From: Candidatus Gastranaerophilales bacterium
Lineage (GTDB): Bacteria > Cyanobacteriota > Vampirovibrionia > Gastranaerophilales > Gastranaerophilaceae
Length of the DNA: 64,000 nucleotides
Assembly (NCBI GenBank): GCA_910588555.1
Contig: CAJUPC010000007.1
Span: forward strand, 316 to 64,315
Direction of reading: 5' to 3'
A model generated the notes under the pieces. The model searched no databases. It was given only the letters and a program-made list of their open reading frames with translations, and had not been told where the DNA came from. Every line of letters begins with the position of its first letter. The first letter of the stretch is position 1. The position numbers and the translations under genes are program-made. Positions 28,214-38,098 of the stretch are shown in pieces.

Positions 28214-28600
28214 ATGCCTACAATTAACCAGCTTGTTCGTCAGGAACGTAAAAAACTGACAGACAAAACAAAATCTCCCGCTTTGATGGATTGTCCTCAA
28301 AGACGTGGTGTATGTACAAGGGTTTATACTACAACCCCTAAAAAACCTAACTCAGCTTTGAGAAAAGTTGCAAGGGTAAGATTAACTAACGGATTTGAAG
28401 TTACTTCATATATTCCAGGTATCGGTCACAACCTTCAAGAACACAGTGTTGTTCTTATCAGAGGCGGAAGGGTTAAAGACCTTCCCGGTGTAAGATATCA
28501 CATCGTTAGAGGTACTTTGGATACTGCTGGTGTTGCTAACAGAGCACAAAGCAGATCTAAATACGGTGCTAAGAAAAATGCTAAAGGAGGTAAGAAATAA
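28214..28600 (+). CDS. rpsL: 30S ribosomal protein S12
   Basis: [29 protein letters not shown]. Confidence 0.99.
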   Translation: MPTINQLVRQERKKLTDKTKSPALMDCPQRRGVCTRVYTTTPKKPNSALRKVARVRLTNGFEVTSYIPGIGHNLQEHSVVLIRGGRVKDLPGVRYHIVRGTLDTAGVANRAQSRSKYGAKKNAKGGKK

Positions 28601-29070
28601 TGTCTAGACGTTCAAAACCAGCTAAAAGAATACCTTTAGCAGATCCCGTATATAACAGTGTTGATATTTCTAAATTTATTAACAGAATTATGAGACGCGG
28701 TAAAAAATCGCTTGCTGAAAAAATCTTCTACGCTACTTTAACAAGATTAGAAGAAAGAACAGGCGAAAAACCGCTTGAAATCTTCCAAAAAGCAATGACT
28801 AACGCAACTCCGCTTTTAGAAGTAAAAGCAAGACGTATCGGTGGTTCAACTTATCAGGTACCTATTGAAGTTAAAGCAGACAGAGGTTTTGCTCTTGCTT
28901 CTTCATGGTTGATTGAAGCTGCTAAAAAACGCGGCGGTAAATCATTCATCGATAAATTAACTAACGAATTAATTGATGCTTCAAACGGTTCAGGCGCAGC
29001 TTGCAAAAAACGTGAAGATACTCACAAAATGGCAGAAGCTAACAAAGCTTTTGCTCACTACAGATATTAA
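28600..29070 (+). CDS. rpsG: 30S ribosomal protein S7
   Basis: RRIGGSTYQVP, HKMAEANKAFAHYRY. Confidence 0.99.
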   Translation: MSRRSKPAKRIPLADPVYNSVDISKFINRIMRRGKKSLAEKIFYATLTRLEERTGEKPLEIFQKAMTNATPLLEVKARRIGGSTYQVPIEVKADRGFALASSWLIEAAKKRGGKSFIDKLTNELIDASNGSGAACKKREDTHKMAEANKAFAHYRY

Positions 29071-29088
29071 TTTTGTAATTAATAAATC

Positions 29089-29121
29089 TAAAAAAGCTCT
29101 GAAATTTTCAGAGCTTTTTTA
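29089..29121 (+). terminator. Terminator after rpsG
   Basis: AAAAAAGCTCTGAAA-T-TTTCAGAGCTTTTTT. Confidence 0.9.
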
Positions 29122-29190
29122 GTATGCAATATTGAGAGGCTTGACAAAATGCTTTCGTCAAAATTGTCAACATTTTTCAAAAGCAACGGG

Positions 29191-29221
29191 CTTGACAAAA
29201 GACGCATTATAGTAAATAATG
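29191..29221 (+). promoter_or_regulatory. Sigma70 promoter shared by two polyC pilin genes
   Basis: CTTGACAAAAGACGCATTATAGTAAATAATG; near-identical copy at 33886. Confidence 0.7.
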
Positions 29222-29248
29222 AGTTTATATCGAAATGGAGGTATTTAA

Positions 29249-30147
29249 ATGTTAAAAAAACAATTCACCAATGCCGAAAAATCTTACCAAGATTTACGCA
29301 GAGGGTGTAAAAGTGCTCAGATTGCCCCCCCCCCGACAAGTCTGATTTAGACTTTTTAGATTGTTTTTCGGGATTATTTAGTGGGAAAATTTTAGGTCAG
29401 CATTACAATGCCGACACGAAACTTGTTGCCTTTACTTTGGCTGAGGTTTTAATAACCTTGGGTATTGTAGGCGTTGTTGCGGTAGTGACGATGCCTAATC
29501 TTATTAACAACTTACAAAGAAAAGAATTGCAGGTTCAATTAAAAAAGACTTATAACGAACTAACACAAATAAATCAAAAATTTATGCTTGATTTTGGTAT
29601 GAATATGTGTGAGTATGAGTGGGCTTATGCCGCTTCAATAGGTTCATCATTCTCAGGAAATGGATTGCCTTTACAATTTTCAAAATATCTTGTTAAAGGG
29701 AACGAATGCATAAATAGAGGTAATTATTATGCAATGAAAGTTTTAACAGGTGAAAACCTCACTGATATGCAGCTATTTGATGACGGATGCTACACTGACG
29801 CACTTGGAAGAACTTATTATTTTGAATATGCAAACCAATTTATTCCTAAATGTCCAATGATAACTGTTGATGTGAACGGATTGAAAAAACCTAATCGCAT
29901 GGGCTATGATATATTTATTTTCAGACCGACAAAAGACGGACGCGTTATAGGTATGGGCAAAGATTATAAAGAACACGACAATATAGTCTTTTTTGGAAGT
30001 GTAGATTATTTAAATAAAGCAAAAAAATACTGTAATTACGATGTAATAGACACAATCAGAGGCGGTTTTGGATGTACATATTATGCACTTGCAGATAAAC
30101 ACCCTTTTGATGAAACAAAAAGCTACTGGAAAGATTTTTTAAAATAA
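29249..30147 (+). CDS. Type IV pilin-like protein, frameshifted at a C10 tract (phase-OFF; C11 restores the frame)
   Basis: RBS GGAGGT with ATG 29249 stops at TAG 29348. One extra C gives ...SAQIAPPPDKSDL...LVAFTLAEVLITLGIVGVV. Confidence 0.8.
29315..29338 (+). repeat. GCTCAGATTG-C10-GACA homopolymer cassette
   Basis: C run 29325-29334. Confidence 0.85.
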
Positions 30148-30155
30148 AGAGTAAA

Positions 30156-31517
30156 CTACTCTTTATTTTTTTTGTTGTTAAGTTTTTCTTCTTTTAATCT
30201 TTCTTTTTCCAAAAGTTTTAATTCTTTTTCATGTTGTTTTTCTAATTTTTGCTGTTTCTTAAACTCTTGCTCGGCTTTTATTTGCTTATATTTTTCAACA
30301 GACTCATTACCTGTTGTAGAACCGTTAATCCTGTGTCTTAGATTATAATCCTTTTGCGACTCTCTAAATTCCGCGTCCATTTCTTTAATTTTAGCCTTAT
30401 AAGATTTTTTCAATTCTTTTAATTCTGCTTTTTCTTCCAGCTTTTTCTGTTTTGCATTCTGTTTTTCAATCTTTTTCTGAAATTTTTCTTCTCTTTCTGT
30501 CACAGAAGGAGGCATTACACCCTCTTTTATGAGCTTAAAGCCGTTCATACTAATCGGAACTTCAATATTTCTGAGAGAAACAAGTCTGGGGTCTTCACCC
30601 TTTGCCGAAATGGCCCAAATCCCCAAATTTACGGGCGAATTACCTGTATATGCCAGAGCATTTACTATAACTGTATCAGGAAATTCTTCACTAAAACCTA
30701 ACGGATAAACATCCCAGCGTTTATCAACAAGATTAAGCCCTCTTGTGGTTTTCCAAAAATAAGAAATTGTATTTCTTACGTCCTCAAGGCTATATGAAAC
30801 TTTAGTTTCAAAATCATAAACATAAGGAGTCGTTTTCCACATTCCGTCTTTTGTGTTGCCAATTTTTTCTTTTACAAGCAGTTTTGTTCCGTCAGATGAA
30901 AAATCAACGGGAGTAAGTGTTCTGAATGTATAATAATTATCATTTAATTTTTCTGTTGACATAATAGGGTCGGAAATTCTATGAATTACGTTTGCAGTCA
31001 AAATTTTATCCATATTAGACTTAGCTTCTTCTAAATTAATAAGAAATAAATCACAGGCTGTCGAACCGCTATTCGGATAATAATAAACAGAGGGATAAAC
31101 AAGTTTTGTAAAATCAGGAGAAACAATACCCTGAGCGTTTTTTTGCCTTGTCTGATAGATACTTTTACTTATTGCTAAATCAGGACTACCGGGCGGGTCG
31201 TTGTATCTGATAATTTTATAAGCAGGCTGAGGAACATAAACCATATCAGCAGGAGTCGGTGTCTTTGGCACTTGAATTTCCATAGTCATCCTATCTTTGG
31301 GTGCAGATAGAAGTTCATACTCCTCAACAGTCATATATCCCGAGGGGTTGCGGTTCATAACCGAACGTTCGTACTTTTCTTTTTCTTCCTGCTTTTGAAC
31401 TTTATGTTCATACTTAGCTTCTTTTTTGTTAACGTCACCATGAGGCACAGGGATTTCATCACCCCACTGAATAAATGCACACAAAGCTGCCGCAATGCCA
31501 AGCAGGGCATAAATCAT
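30156..31517 (-). CDS. Hypothetical exported protein with a beta-rich core and K/E-rich coiled-coil tail
   Basis: N-terminal hydrophobic segment, VSPDFTKL and FSSDGTKL propeller-like motifs. Confidence 0.6.
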   Translation of the reverse strand: MIYALLGIAAALCAFIQWGDEIPVPHGDVNKKEAKYEHKVQKQEEKEKYERSVMNRNPSGYMTVEEYELLSAPKDRMTMEIQVPKTPTPADMVYVPQPAYKIIRYNDPPGSPDLAISKSIYQTRQKNAQGIVSPDFTKLVYPSVYYYPNSGSTACDLFLINLEEAKSNMDKILTANVIHRISDPIMSTEKLNDNYYTFRTLTPVDFSSDGTKLLVKEKIGNTKDGMWKTTPYVYDFETKVSYSLEDVRNTISYFWKTTRGLNLVDKRWDVYPLGFSEEFPDTVIVNALAYTGNSPVNLGIWAISAKGEDPRLVSLRNIEVPISMNGFKLIKEGVMPPSVTEREEKFQKKIEKQNAKQKKLEEKAELKELKKSYKAKIKEMDAEFRESQKDYNLRHRINGSTTGNESVEKYKQIKAEQEFKKQQKLEKQHEKELKLLEKERLKEEKLNNKKNKE

Positions 31518-32188
31518 ACAAGTCCTTCTTTCATTGCCATTGATATAGCTTTAGAACGTGAATTTACGTATAATTTTTGCAAAATACTATGAACATGAGT
31601 TTTTGTTGTTGAAATTGTAATAAAAAGTTTTTCTGCAATCTGCGGGTTAGTATATCCGTCAACAATTAACGCTAAAACTTCCATTTCACGCTCAGTCAGT
31701 CCGTATAGGTTTTTACCTAACTTGTAATTAATTTCACCGCGTTTTTCTGTATAATCGGTTCCGCGTCTTATATTTGAAAGAACAACTTTTGCAATAGCAG
31801 GGTCAAGCCAGCCTGCACCCTCAGAAACAGCAATGACAGCAGAAACGGTCTGTTCAGATGTTGCACCTTTGGTAATATAACCGTCTGCACCTGCTTTAAA
31901 TGAATCAAATATATCATCATCACCTTCACGCGAAGTATACATAAGAACTTTTATACGCGAATTTGAAGATTTAATTCTTCTGGTAGCTTCAATCCCGTCA
32001 ATAGTCGGCAACCCGATATCCATAACAACAACATCAGGAAGCAAATCAAGAGCTTTTTCAACCCCTTCAAGTCCGTCAGCACACATATCGGCAATTTCAA
32101 TGTTAGGATTATTGCCAAGTATTACTGAAAGCCCCATACGTGCCATGTCATGGTCTTCAACTATAAGGACGCGTATATTTTTAGCCAT
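31514..32188 (-). CDS. NarL/LuxR-family response regulator
   Basis: VEDHD, MDIGLP, LTEREMEVL...TVKTHV-like HTH. Probable start MAKNIR. Confidence 0.95.
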   Translation of the reverse strand: MAKNIRVLIVEDHDMARMGLSVILGNNPNIEIADMCADGLEGVEKALDLLPDVVVMDIGLPTIDGIEATRRIKSSNSRIKVLMYTSREGDDDIFDSFKAGADGYITKGATSEQTVSAVIAVSEGAGWLDPAIAKVVLSNIRRGTDYTEKRGEINYKLGKNLYGLTEREMEVLALIVDGYTNPQIAEKLFITISTTKTHVHSILQKLYVNSRSKAISMAMKEGLV

Positions 32189-33782
32189 TAGAAACCTGTC
32201 TTTCTTTAATTTTTGCATCTGAAACAACATCTGTTAAAAGGAATGAAAATTCACTGCCTTTATCAACTTTACTGTTTACCCAAATTTTACCGTTATGCGC
32301 TTCAATAATTTGTCTTGATAAATACAATCCCAGTCCAGTACCTGTAGAACGCTTTGCGGCAGTTCCCTGAGAAAATCTTTTAAACAAATTCGGAATATCA
32401 GCCTGTGGAATACCGTTCCCGTTATCAACAACAGAGAAAATAAAATCGCCGTTTTGAGCTTTTGCAAGAACTTTTATTGCTCCACCTTTATTCGTATAAT
32501 TCAATGCATTTCCGCAAAGATTTGTAATAACCCTTTTAATTTCCCCTCTGTCAGCCAAGATATAAACATCATCATCCATTTCAAATTCGATGTCAAATTC
32601 AAGATTTTTCTTTTCTGCAAGCGGTTTTAATTCTGAATATGACTGTTCAATCAAGTCTTTTACCGGGAATACGGTTTTGCACAGTGTCAATTTACCGCTT
32701 TCAAACCTGTAAACTTCCAACAAAGCATTAACAAGCCCGAGCAAATCCTCGTTACTTTGAAGCATGGTTGATAAAAGAACTTTTTGTTTTTCATCAAGTT
32801 CTCCGATAGCACCTTCCAGAAAAAATCTTAAAGTCTGAATTGCTGCCAAGAGCGGCGTTCTCATATCATGTGTAAGAGTTGCAATAAAATCATCGCGAAG
32901 TCTTTCAGTTTCTTTTTGAACACTTACATCTCTTATTACGCCGACATATTTATTAAATTTACTCTCATCATTGCCCGAAATAGCTGCAAAACTGATTTCA
33001 ACAGGTGTATGAACCCCGCTTAAAGAATTTATTACGTAATAATCTCGAAGCAAAATTTCAGATTTTTCGTCACCCAGTCCGAATATCTCGCCGGAATTAT
33101 TGTCTTTTGACGAATTAAACTCTTTCAAATTAGAGTAAGCAATTTCTTGAAACTTCATTTTGCAGAGAGAAGTTTCAGAAAGCCCGATCATGTTTTCACA
33201 GGCAGGATTAACTTGTTCAATATTTCCCGCACCGTCAACAATAACAATACCGTCAGCACAGTAGTTGATAATCCCTGAAAGTTTGTTGTTAGCCTCAGAC
33301 AAATCAGCCGTGCGTTCAGCAACAAGTTTTTCTAAATTTTCGGAATATTCTTTTAATTGTTTTTGAGCGATTTCAAGTTCTGAAATCTTATTCCTCAAAT
33401 CTTCCAACAAATGACTTCTTTCAATACCATTTCTGATATTCATCATCAAATCATCGTTATCCCATGGTTTTTCAATGTATTTATAAAGACCGATTTCATT
33501 AATCGCCTTAATAGCATTTTCTTTATCCGCATAACCTGTCAATAATATCATACTGACTTCAGGGTGAAGCTTTTTAGCTTCTGTTAAAAATTCAAGCCCG
33601 TTCATTTCAGGCATGATAAAGTCTGAAATAATTAAATCAGGTTTATTTTCCTTTAAAAACTCAACCGCTTCTTTAGGGTTGTTAAACAAATGTATATCAG
33701 AATATCCCTCAACTTTAAACAGCGCTTTAAAAGCCGAGGTAACCATTTTTTCATCATCAACTGCTACAATCATCTTACTCAT
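32181..33782 (-). CDS. Cytoplasmic hybrid sensor kinase (REC-PAS-HisKA-HATPase)
   Basis: N-terminal receiver (VDDE, SDFIMP), PAS-like VNPACE, THDMRTPL, GTGLGL. Confidence 0.93.
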   Translation of the reverse strand: MSKMIVAVDDEKMVTSAFKALFKVEGYSDIHLFNNPKEAVEFLKENKPDLIISDFIMPEMNGLEFLTEAKKLHPEVSMILLTGYADKENAIKAINEIGLYKYIEKPWDNDDLMMNIRNGIERSHLLEDLRNKISELEIAQKQLKEYSENLEKLVAERTADLSEANNKLSGIINYCADGIVIVDGAGNIEQVNPACENMIGLSETSLCKMKFQEIAYSNLKEFNSSKDNNSGEIFGLGDEKSEILLRDYYVINSLSGVHTPVEISFAAISGNDESKFNKYVGVIRDVSVQKETERLRDDFIATLTHDMRTPLLAAIQTLRFFLEGAIGELDEKQKVLLSTMLQSNEDLLGLVNALLEVYRFESGKLTLCKTVFPVKDLIEQSYSELKPLAEKKNLEFDIEFEMDDDVYILADRGEIKRVITNLCGNALNYTNKGGAIKVLAKAQNGDFIFSVVDNGNGIPQADIPNLFKRFSQGTAAKRSTGTGLGLYLSRQIIEAHNGKIWVNSKVDKGSEFSFLLTDVVSDAKIKERQVSNG

Positions 33783-33885
33783 ATCAATATAATAAAATAT
33801 TTTTACTTATAGGACAAATACATTACAAATTCGCAATATTTAAACTTCACGACAACACGTATAAAATATATTCGGTGTCGTCGCA

Positions 33886-33916
33886 CTTGACAAAAGACGA
33901 AATATAGTAAATAATG
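33886..33916 (+). promoter_or_regulatory. Sigma70 promoter shared by two polyC pilin genes
   Basis: CTTGACAAAAGACGAAATATAGTAAATAATG. Confidence 0.7.
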
Positions 33917-33941
33917 TACAAAGAAAGATGGAGGTATTTAT

Positions 33942-34728
33942 ATGTCAAGATTTAAGCATAGTGCTCAGATTGCCCCCCCCCCCCGAAGCTCTTGGCCTAG
34001 GATTTTTTAGGGCTGCTTTTGCGTTTACTTTAGCAGAAGTTTTAATTACACTTGGGATTATTGGTGTGGTTGCGGCTATTATTATGCCGTCACTAATTCA
34101 AAATTATCAAAAAAAGATTACAGCAGCTAAACTTAAAAAATCTTATTCCACAATCTCAAATGCATTTAGACTTGCTGAAGCTAAACATGGCAATATATTT
34201 GAGTGGTCTGAATGGGATGATGCCGAAAGTATCATTCATAAATATTTAGTACCTGAATTAAGCGGAACTAAGGAATTTGGGAAATCTAAGAACGGGTATT
34301 TTTCAATGTGCTATAATCAAGGGGACGCAGGACACGGTTTTGAAACAGAACTTCCAAGACAATACAATTGGATGGACGGAATACAAATAAGTACACCATT
34401 TTATTCAAATATAACAGCTTCTGTCAGGCTGGCTGATGGCAGCTGTATTGGTATAAATCCTGCTCTTAACGGTCTTAATTCAAATTATTGGTACTTTGTA
34501 GCTATTGATATTAATGGACCTAAAGAGCCTAACATTGCAGGAAAAGATTTATTTTTATTTTCAATAAACAAAAAAGGATTTATTGAACCGCGCGGAAACA
34601 CCTTATCTTATGATGAGCTTTCTTCAAAATCAAAAAATGGGTCTTGTAATAAAGAAAGCTTCACTGGCGGCGGATTTTGTGCAGCAAAAATAATCCGAGA
34701 TAATTGGGAAATTAAATATGATTGGTAA
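33942..34728 (+). CDS. Type IV pilin-like protein, frameshifted at a C12 tract (phase-OFF; C11 restores the frame)
   Basis: RBS GGAGGT with ATG 33942 stops at TAG 34008. One fewer C gives MSRFKHSAQIAPPPEALG...AFAFTLAEVLITLGIIG. Confidence 0.8.
33963..33986 (+). repeat. GCTCAGATTG-C12-GA homopolymer cassette
   Basis: C run 33973-33984. Confidence 0.85.
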
Positions 34729-34751
34729 TAAAAAAGAGCCTTTTTAGGCTC

Positions 34752-35264
34752 TTAATTATTATATGTATGTTGTTTATACTGGCGTTGTCCCATTTCTTTA
34801 TCTAAAAGATAAAGAGAAGTACGATCATCTCCAAACATTTTTAATCTGTCGATTACATCACGTGCATTTGCTTCTTCTTCGACTTGTTCTGATATATACC
34901 AGTTAATAAAATGACGAGTTGCCAAATCACATTCCTCATGACTCATTTGAGCAACACAATTTATACTTTCAGTCACAAATTTTTCATGTTCAAGAATTTT
35001 TTCAAAAACCTGAAGCGGATTTTCAAAAGCTCTATCAGGTGAATCTATTTGTTCAAGCTTTACAGTACCGTCACGTTCAATAATATAATCAAATAATATC
35101 ATTCCGTGATCGACTTCTTCTTTTGCCTGCACTTTTGTCCAGTTTGCAAAACCGTAAAGACCGATTTCATCAAAAAAAGCAGACATAGCAAGATACAAAT
35201 AAGCTGAATAAAATTCTTTGTTGATTTGTGCATTAAGAACATTTTGAACTTTCTCGTTAATCAC
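34752..35264 (-). CDS. Non-heme ferritin
   Basis: QINKEFYSAYLY, EEVDH, EQVEEE ferroxidase residues. GTG start at 35264 after GGAGG. Confidence 0.93.
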   Translation of the reverse strand: MINEKVQNVLNAQINKEFYSAYLYLAMSAFFDEIGLYGFANWTKVQAKEEVDHGMILFDYIIERDGTVKLEQIDSPDRAFENPLQVFEKILEHEKFVTESINCVAQMSHEECDLATRHFINWYISEQVEEEANARDVIDRLKMFGDDRTSLYLLDKEMGQRQYKQHTYNN

Positions 35265-35646
35265 TTTCGCCCTCCCATAGACCATGTAAGTTACAAAATT
35301 CATAGGCAAGAGTTTTACCTAATTTTTTATTTAAAATCATTTTAGGTTCTTCGCCCGGGTGCAGATATTGGAGCTGTACATGATTTCTATCTTCGGAAAT
35401 TGTTTCAATAAACATAATGTAATGTTCATTTACCATAGGGTGCAAGACTTCTCCGACTCTAACTTCTTCGCCATTTTCATTTTTAACAAAAACAGGAATA
35501 TGTTTTTCAAGCATTGCCTCTTCCGCGTTTTTACCGTCCAATTTTTGCATTGGCTGGCCGCAGCAAACAAGCTCGCCATTACCGTTAAGAATTACTTGAA
35601 CAAGATTTCCGCATATTTCACATCTATAAAAATCTAGTCTTTCCAT
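35257..35646 (-). CDS. dfx: Desulfoferrodoxin (superoxide reductase)
   Basis: CEICGN...CCGQPM, EKHIP, HPM..EHYI, CNLHGLW. Start MERLDF after AAGGAG. Confidence 0.95.
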   Translation of the reverse strand: MERLDFYRCEICGNLVQVILNGNGELVCCGQPMQKLDGKNAEEAMLEKHIPVFVKNENGEEVRVGEVLHPMVNEHYIMFIETISEDRNHVQLQYLHPGEEPKMILNKKLGKTLAYEFCNLHGLWEGESD

Positions 35647-35776
35647 AAATTTCTCCTTACATATTATTAATAACGTAAGTGTATTTTTTTTTGCATTGAC
35701 TGCATGGCTATAATATTCGTGTAATAATTCTTCATAAAATGACAAAAAAAATATTTTTAAGTTTTAAAATACTATT

Positions 35777-36565
35777 ATGAAAATTCAAGCTGTATCCATA
35801 ACCGGTTTTAAGAGCAGGAATATGAACGATAGAAACGACTTGAATTATCCGTTTCTCTACAGTCCGGCTCCTTCTAAATCTAACCCGCAAATTAAAAATT
35901 TTGGCATTGTAACAGGTTTGCTGGCACTTACTGCAGTTGGCGTAACCTTATTTAATTTAAAACGTGCACAAAAATTTCCTAAAGATATTATTGAATTACC
36001 AAATATGGAAAAAGGCTTAAATAAAATAACTGATTTTCATAAAACAGTAAATGATTTAAAATCTAAATTTATGTATCCGCTAAAATGTGCAATAATGAGC
36101 GGACAAGAAAATCCTAAAAAATTCAAATCAGGAGTAATTTTTATAAATGAAAGTAAAACTCCGACAGAAAAGGTTATGTCTGCATTTTTAGAACACCTAA
36201 ATGAACTTGAAATTGACACCGAAACTGTTCATACGCTTGGTTATAAAACTTGCAGCGACGGAGTAAAAATATTAAGAGAACTAAAACGTAACGAAATAGT
36301 AAAAGAAGTATTTTCACTGGTAAAACGAGCAGAACAAAAATATATAGATGAGGGAAAATATACCGTAATTAATCTGGGAAATTTGGAAAAATTAACAAGA
36401 TTGAGAGCAGTTAAGTCGCAAAAGTCCAATATTGAACAATTATTGGAAGACATCAGTAATAATAAATATAAGGGAGTCTTATGGGCTGCCGAGAGTACTA
36501 ATCACGAAGCAATGCCGTTGTTTTTTAACAATTTACCTGTATTAATCACAAAACTAATGGACTAA
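35777..36565 (+). CDS. Hypothetical protein with MKIQAVSITGFKS leader and one TM segment
   Basis: 262-aa ORF; hydrophobic FGIVTGLLALTAVGVTLF. Confidence 0.7.
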   Translation: MKIQAVSITGFKSRNMNDRNDLNYPFLYSPAPSKSNPQIKNFGIVTGLLALTAVGVTLFNLKRAQKFPKDIIELPNMEKGLNKITDFHKTVNDLKSKFMYPLKCAIMSGQENPKKFKSGVIFINESKTPTEKVMSAFLEHLNELEIDTETVHTLGYKTCSDGVKILRELKRNEIVKEVFSLVKRAEQKYIDEGKYTVINLGNLEKLTRLRAVKSQKSNIEQLLEDISNNKYKGVLWAAESTNHEAMPLFFNNLPVLITKLMD

Positions 36566-36594
36566 AAAATTTTTTGTGCTACACTTAAACATAA

Positions 36595-36849
36595 GCCGTG
36601 CTCCACGGGGCGTTGCGCGCTCTTGACCCGAAGCTTATGCGGGGTGCAGAGCCTGTTGTGAGGGTTCGGAGGATAACTTTGATAAATATATTATTGTTGA
36701 CATTTAAGTCTATGGCGGCGAAAGCTGTCGAACCGTGTCAGGGTGGAAACACAGCAGCACTAAGACAATCCTTTCGGGTGTTGTATTCTTAAAAAGAGAT
36801 AATTTATTTTAAGATTTTATTTTACGAATTCGATAGACAGTGGCACGGT
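36595..36849 (+). ncRNA. ffs: Signal recognition particle RNA, long (Alu-domain) type
   Basis: S-domain GTGTCAGG-GTGGAAACAC-AGCAGCAC. 5' GCCGTGC pairs with 3' GCACGGT, and the 5' domain resembles Bacillus scRNA. Confidence 0.88.
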
Positions 36850-36899
36850 TTTTTATTTTTAGGTTTATCAAAAAAAAACAATGCAGTGGTGTACAGAAT

Positions 36900-37148
36900 A
36901 TGCCAACATCTGATGATTTTGACCAAATAGCTTATCTAATATATGATGAAAATAGATTATACAACGGCAAGGCTTCTGAGTTTGGACTTCCTGAACCGTA
37001 CTTCATGATTTGGCTATCAGAAGAAGCATTTAATACGTATTACCCGGGTCGTAAAGCTTCTATTGCTAACTTTTATGAGAAAAATTTTACCTCTGGTGCC
37101 GGAGATCGTGATGAATATCCAAACGCTCTGGCTATTTGCGCAGAATAA
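36900..37148 (+). CDS. Small hypothetical protein
   Basis: MPTSDDFDQIAYLIYDENR..., 82 aa, weak RBS. Confidence 0.5.
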   Translation: MPTSDDFDQIAYLIYDENRLYNGKASEFGLPEPYFMIWLSEEAFNTYYPGRKASIANFYEKNFTSGAGDRDEYPNALAICAE

Positions 37149-37181
37149 CCTTATAAAAAAACTTTTGTAAATCGCAACTCT

Positions 37182-37205
37182 GTAGGTCGGGATTGCTATC
37201 CCGAC
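37182..37205 (+). repeat. GTAG-type REP-like palindrome
   Basis: GTAG-overlapping stem GTCGGGAT-TGCT-ATCCCGAC; single copy in the window. Confidence 0.45.
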
Positions 37206-37243
37206 TTTATTATGATATAATATTCCTATTAAAGGATTTTTAT

Positions 37244-38098
37244 ATGGGTAGAAAAAGTTTTATTTTAAATGCTGATGGTTTTGGAACGTCTAAAGCTTCT
37301 AACAGAGCTGTGTTAAACGGTTATCATAACGGTTTTCTTACAAGTACAAGCCTTTGTGCTAACGGAAAAGCTTTTAATGCCGCTGTCAATGAAATTATTC
37401 CCGAATGTCCAAACCTGGGAACAGGCGTGCATTTGAATATTTCCGACGGACGTTCTTTGACTAAAGCTCCGTTATTAACAAATAAGCGAGGCAAATTTAA
37501 TAATAACTTTTTACAAATTTTATTAAAATCAAATAATCAAGAATTTCTTAAACAGGTCGAATTTGAATTCAAAACCCAAATTGAAACTGTTATGAATTAT
37601 ACAAAACCGGATCATATCGCTTCTAATATGCATATTCATGCTATTCCTGCCATATTTGAAATTACAGCAAAACTTGCAAAAGAATATAACATTCCTTTTG
37701 TCAGAACCCAATATGAAGAAATGTATTTTGTTCCGTCAGTAAAAAAATATTTGAACTTTAAATATCCGTTAAATATTTTAAAAATGATTTTATTAAACAA
37801 TTTTTCACAAACTAACAAAAAAACAGTTGAAAAATACGGTTTAAAAACAAATGATTATTTGATAGGTATTGAATATAAAGATTTAATGGATAATTCTACC
37901 GTAGAATACGGTCTGCAAGCAATCGAAAATGACGGTATAACTGAAGTTTTGATAAATCCCTGCGATTATGCTGTATCAACAATAAAAAACCGCAATTATA
38001 CAGAATTTTTGATTACTCAAAATAAATCATTGAAAGACAAAATAGCCAGAATGGGTTTTGATATAACAAACTACAAAAAAGAATATGTTAACAAATAG
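37244..38098 (+). CDS. YdjC/ChbG-family carbohydrate deacetylase-like protein (degenerate metal site)
   Basis: LNADGFG, TSTSL, GVHLN, QIE, HIASNMHIH. Confidence 0.75.
   Translation: MGRKSFILNADGFGTSKASNRAVLNGYHNGFLTSTSLCANGKAFNAAVNEIIPECPNLGTGVHLNISDGRSLTKAPLLTNKRGKFNNNFLQILLKSNNQEFLKQVEFEFKTQIETVMNYTKPDHIASNMHIHAIPAIFEITAKLAKEYNIPFVRTQYEEMYFVPSVKKYLNFKYPLNILKMILLNNFSQTNKKTVEKYGLKTNDYLIGIEYKDLMDNSTVEYGLQAIENDGITEVLINPCDYAVSTIKNRNYTEFLITQNKSLKDKIARMGFDITNYKKEYVNK

Noticed and set aside
33928..33941. ORF-track start ATG 33928 for the pilin
   Set aside because: It overlaps the GGAGGT RBS that serves ATG 33942, and the equivalent ATG at 29235 is closed by a stop. Low-level use cannot be excluded.
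36598..36792. 64-aa ORF
   Set aside because: It lies entirely within the SRP RNA.
36810..36836. TAAG-N15-TTCGATAG sigma28-like match
   Set aside because: It is inside the SRP RNA 3' helix and has a weak -10; likely coincidental.
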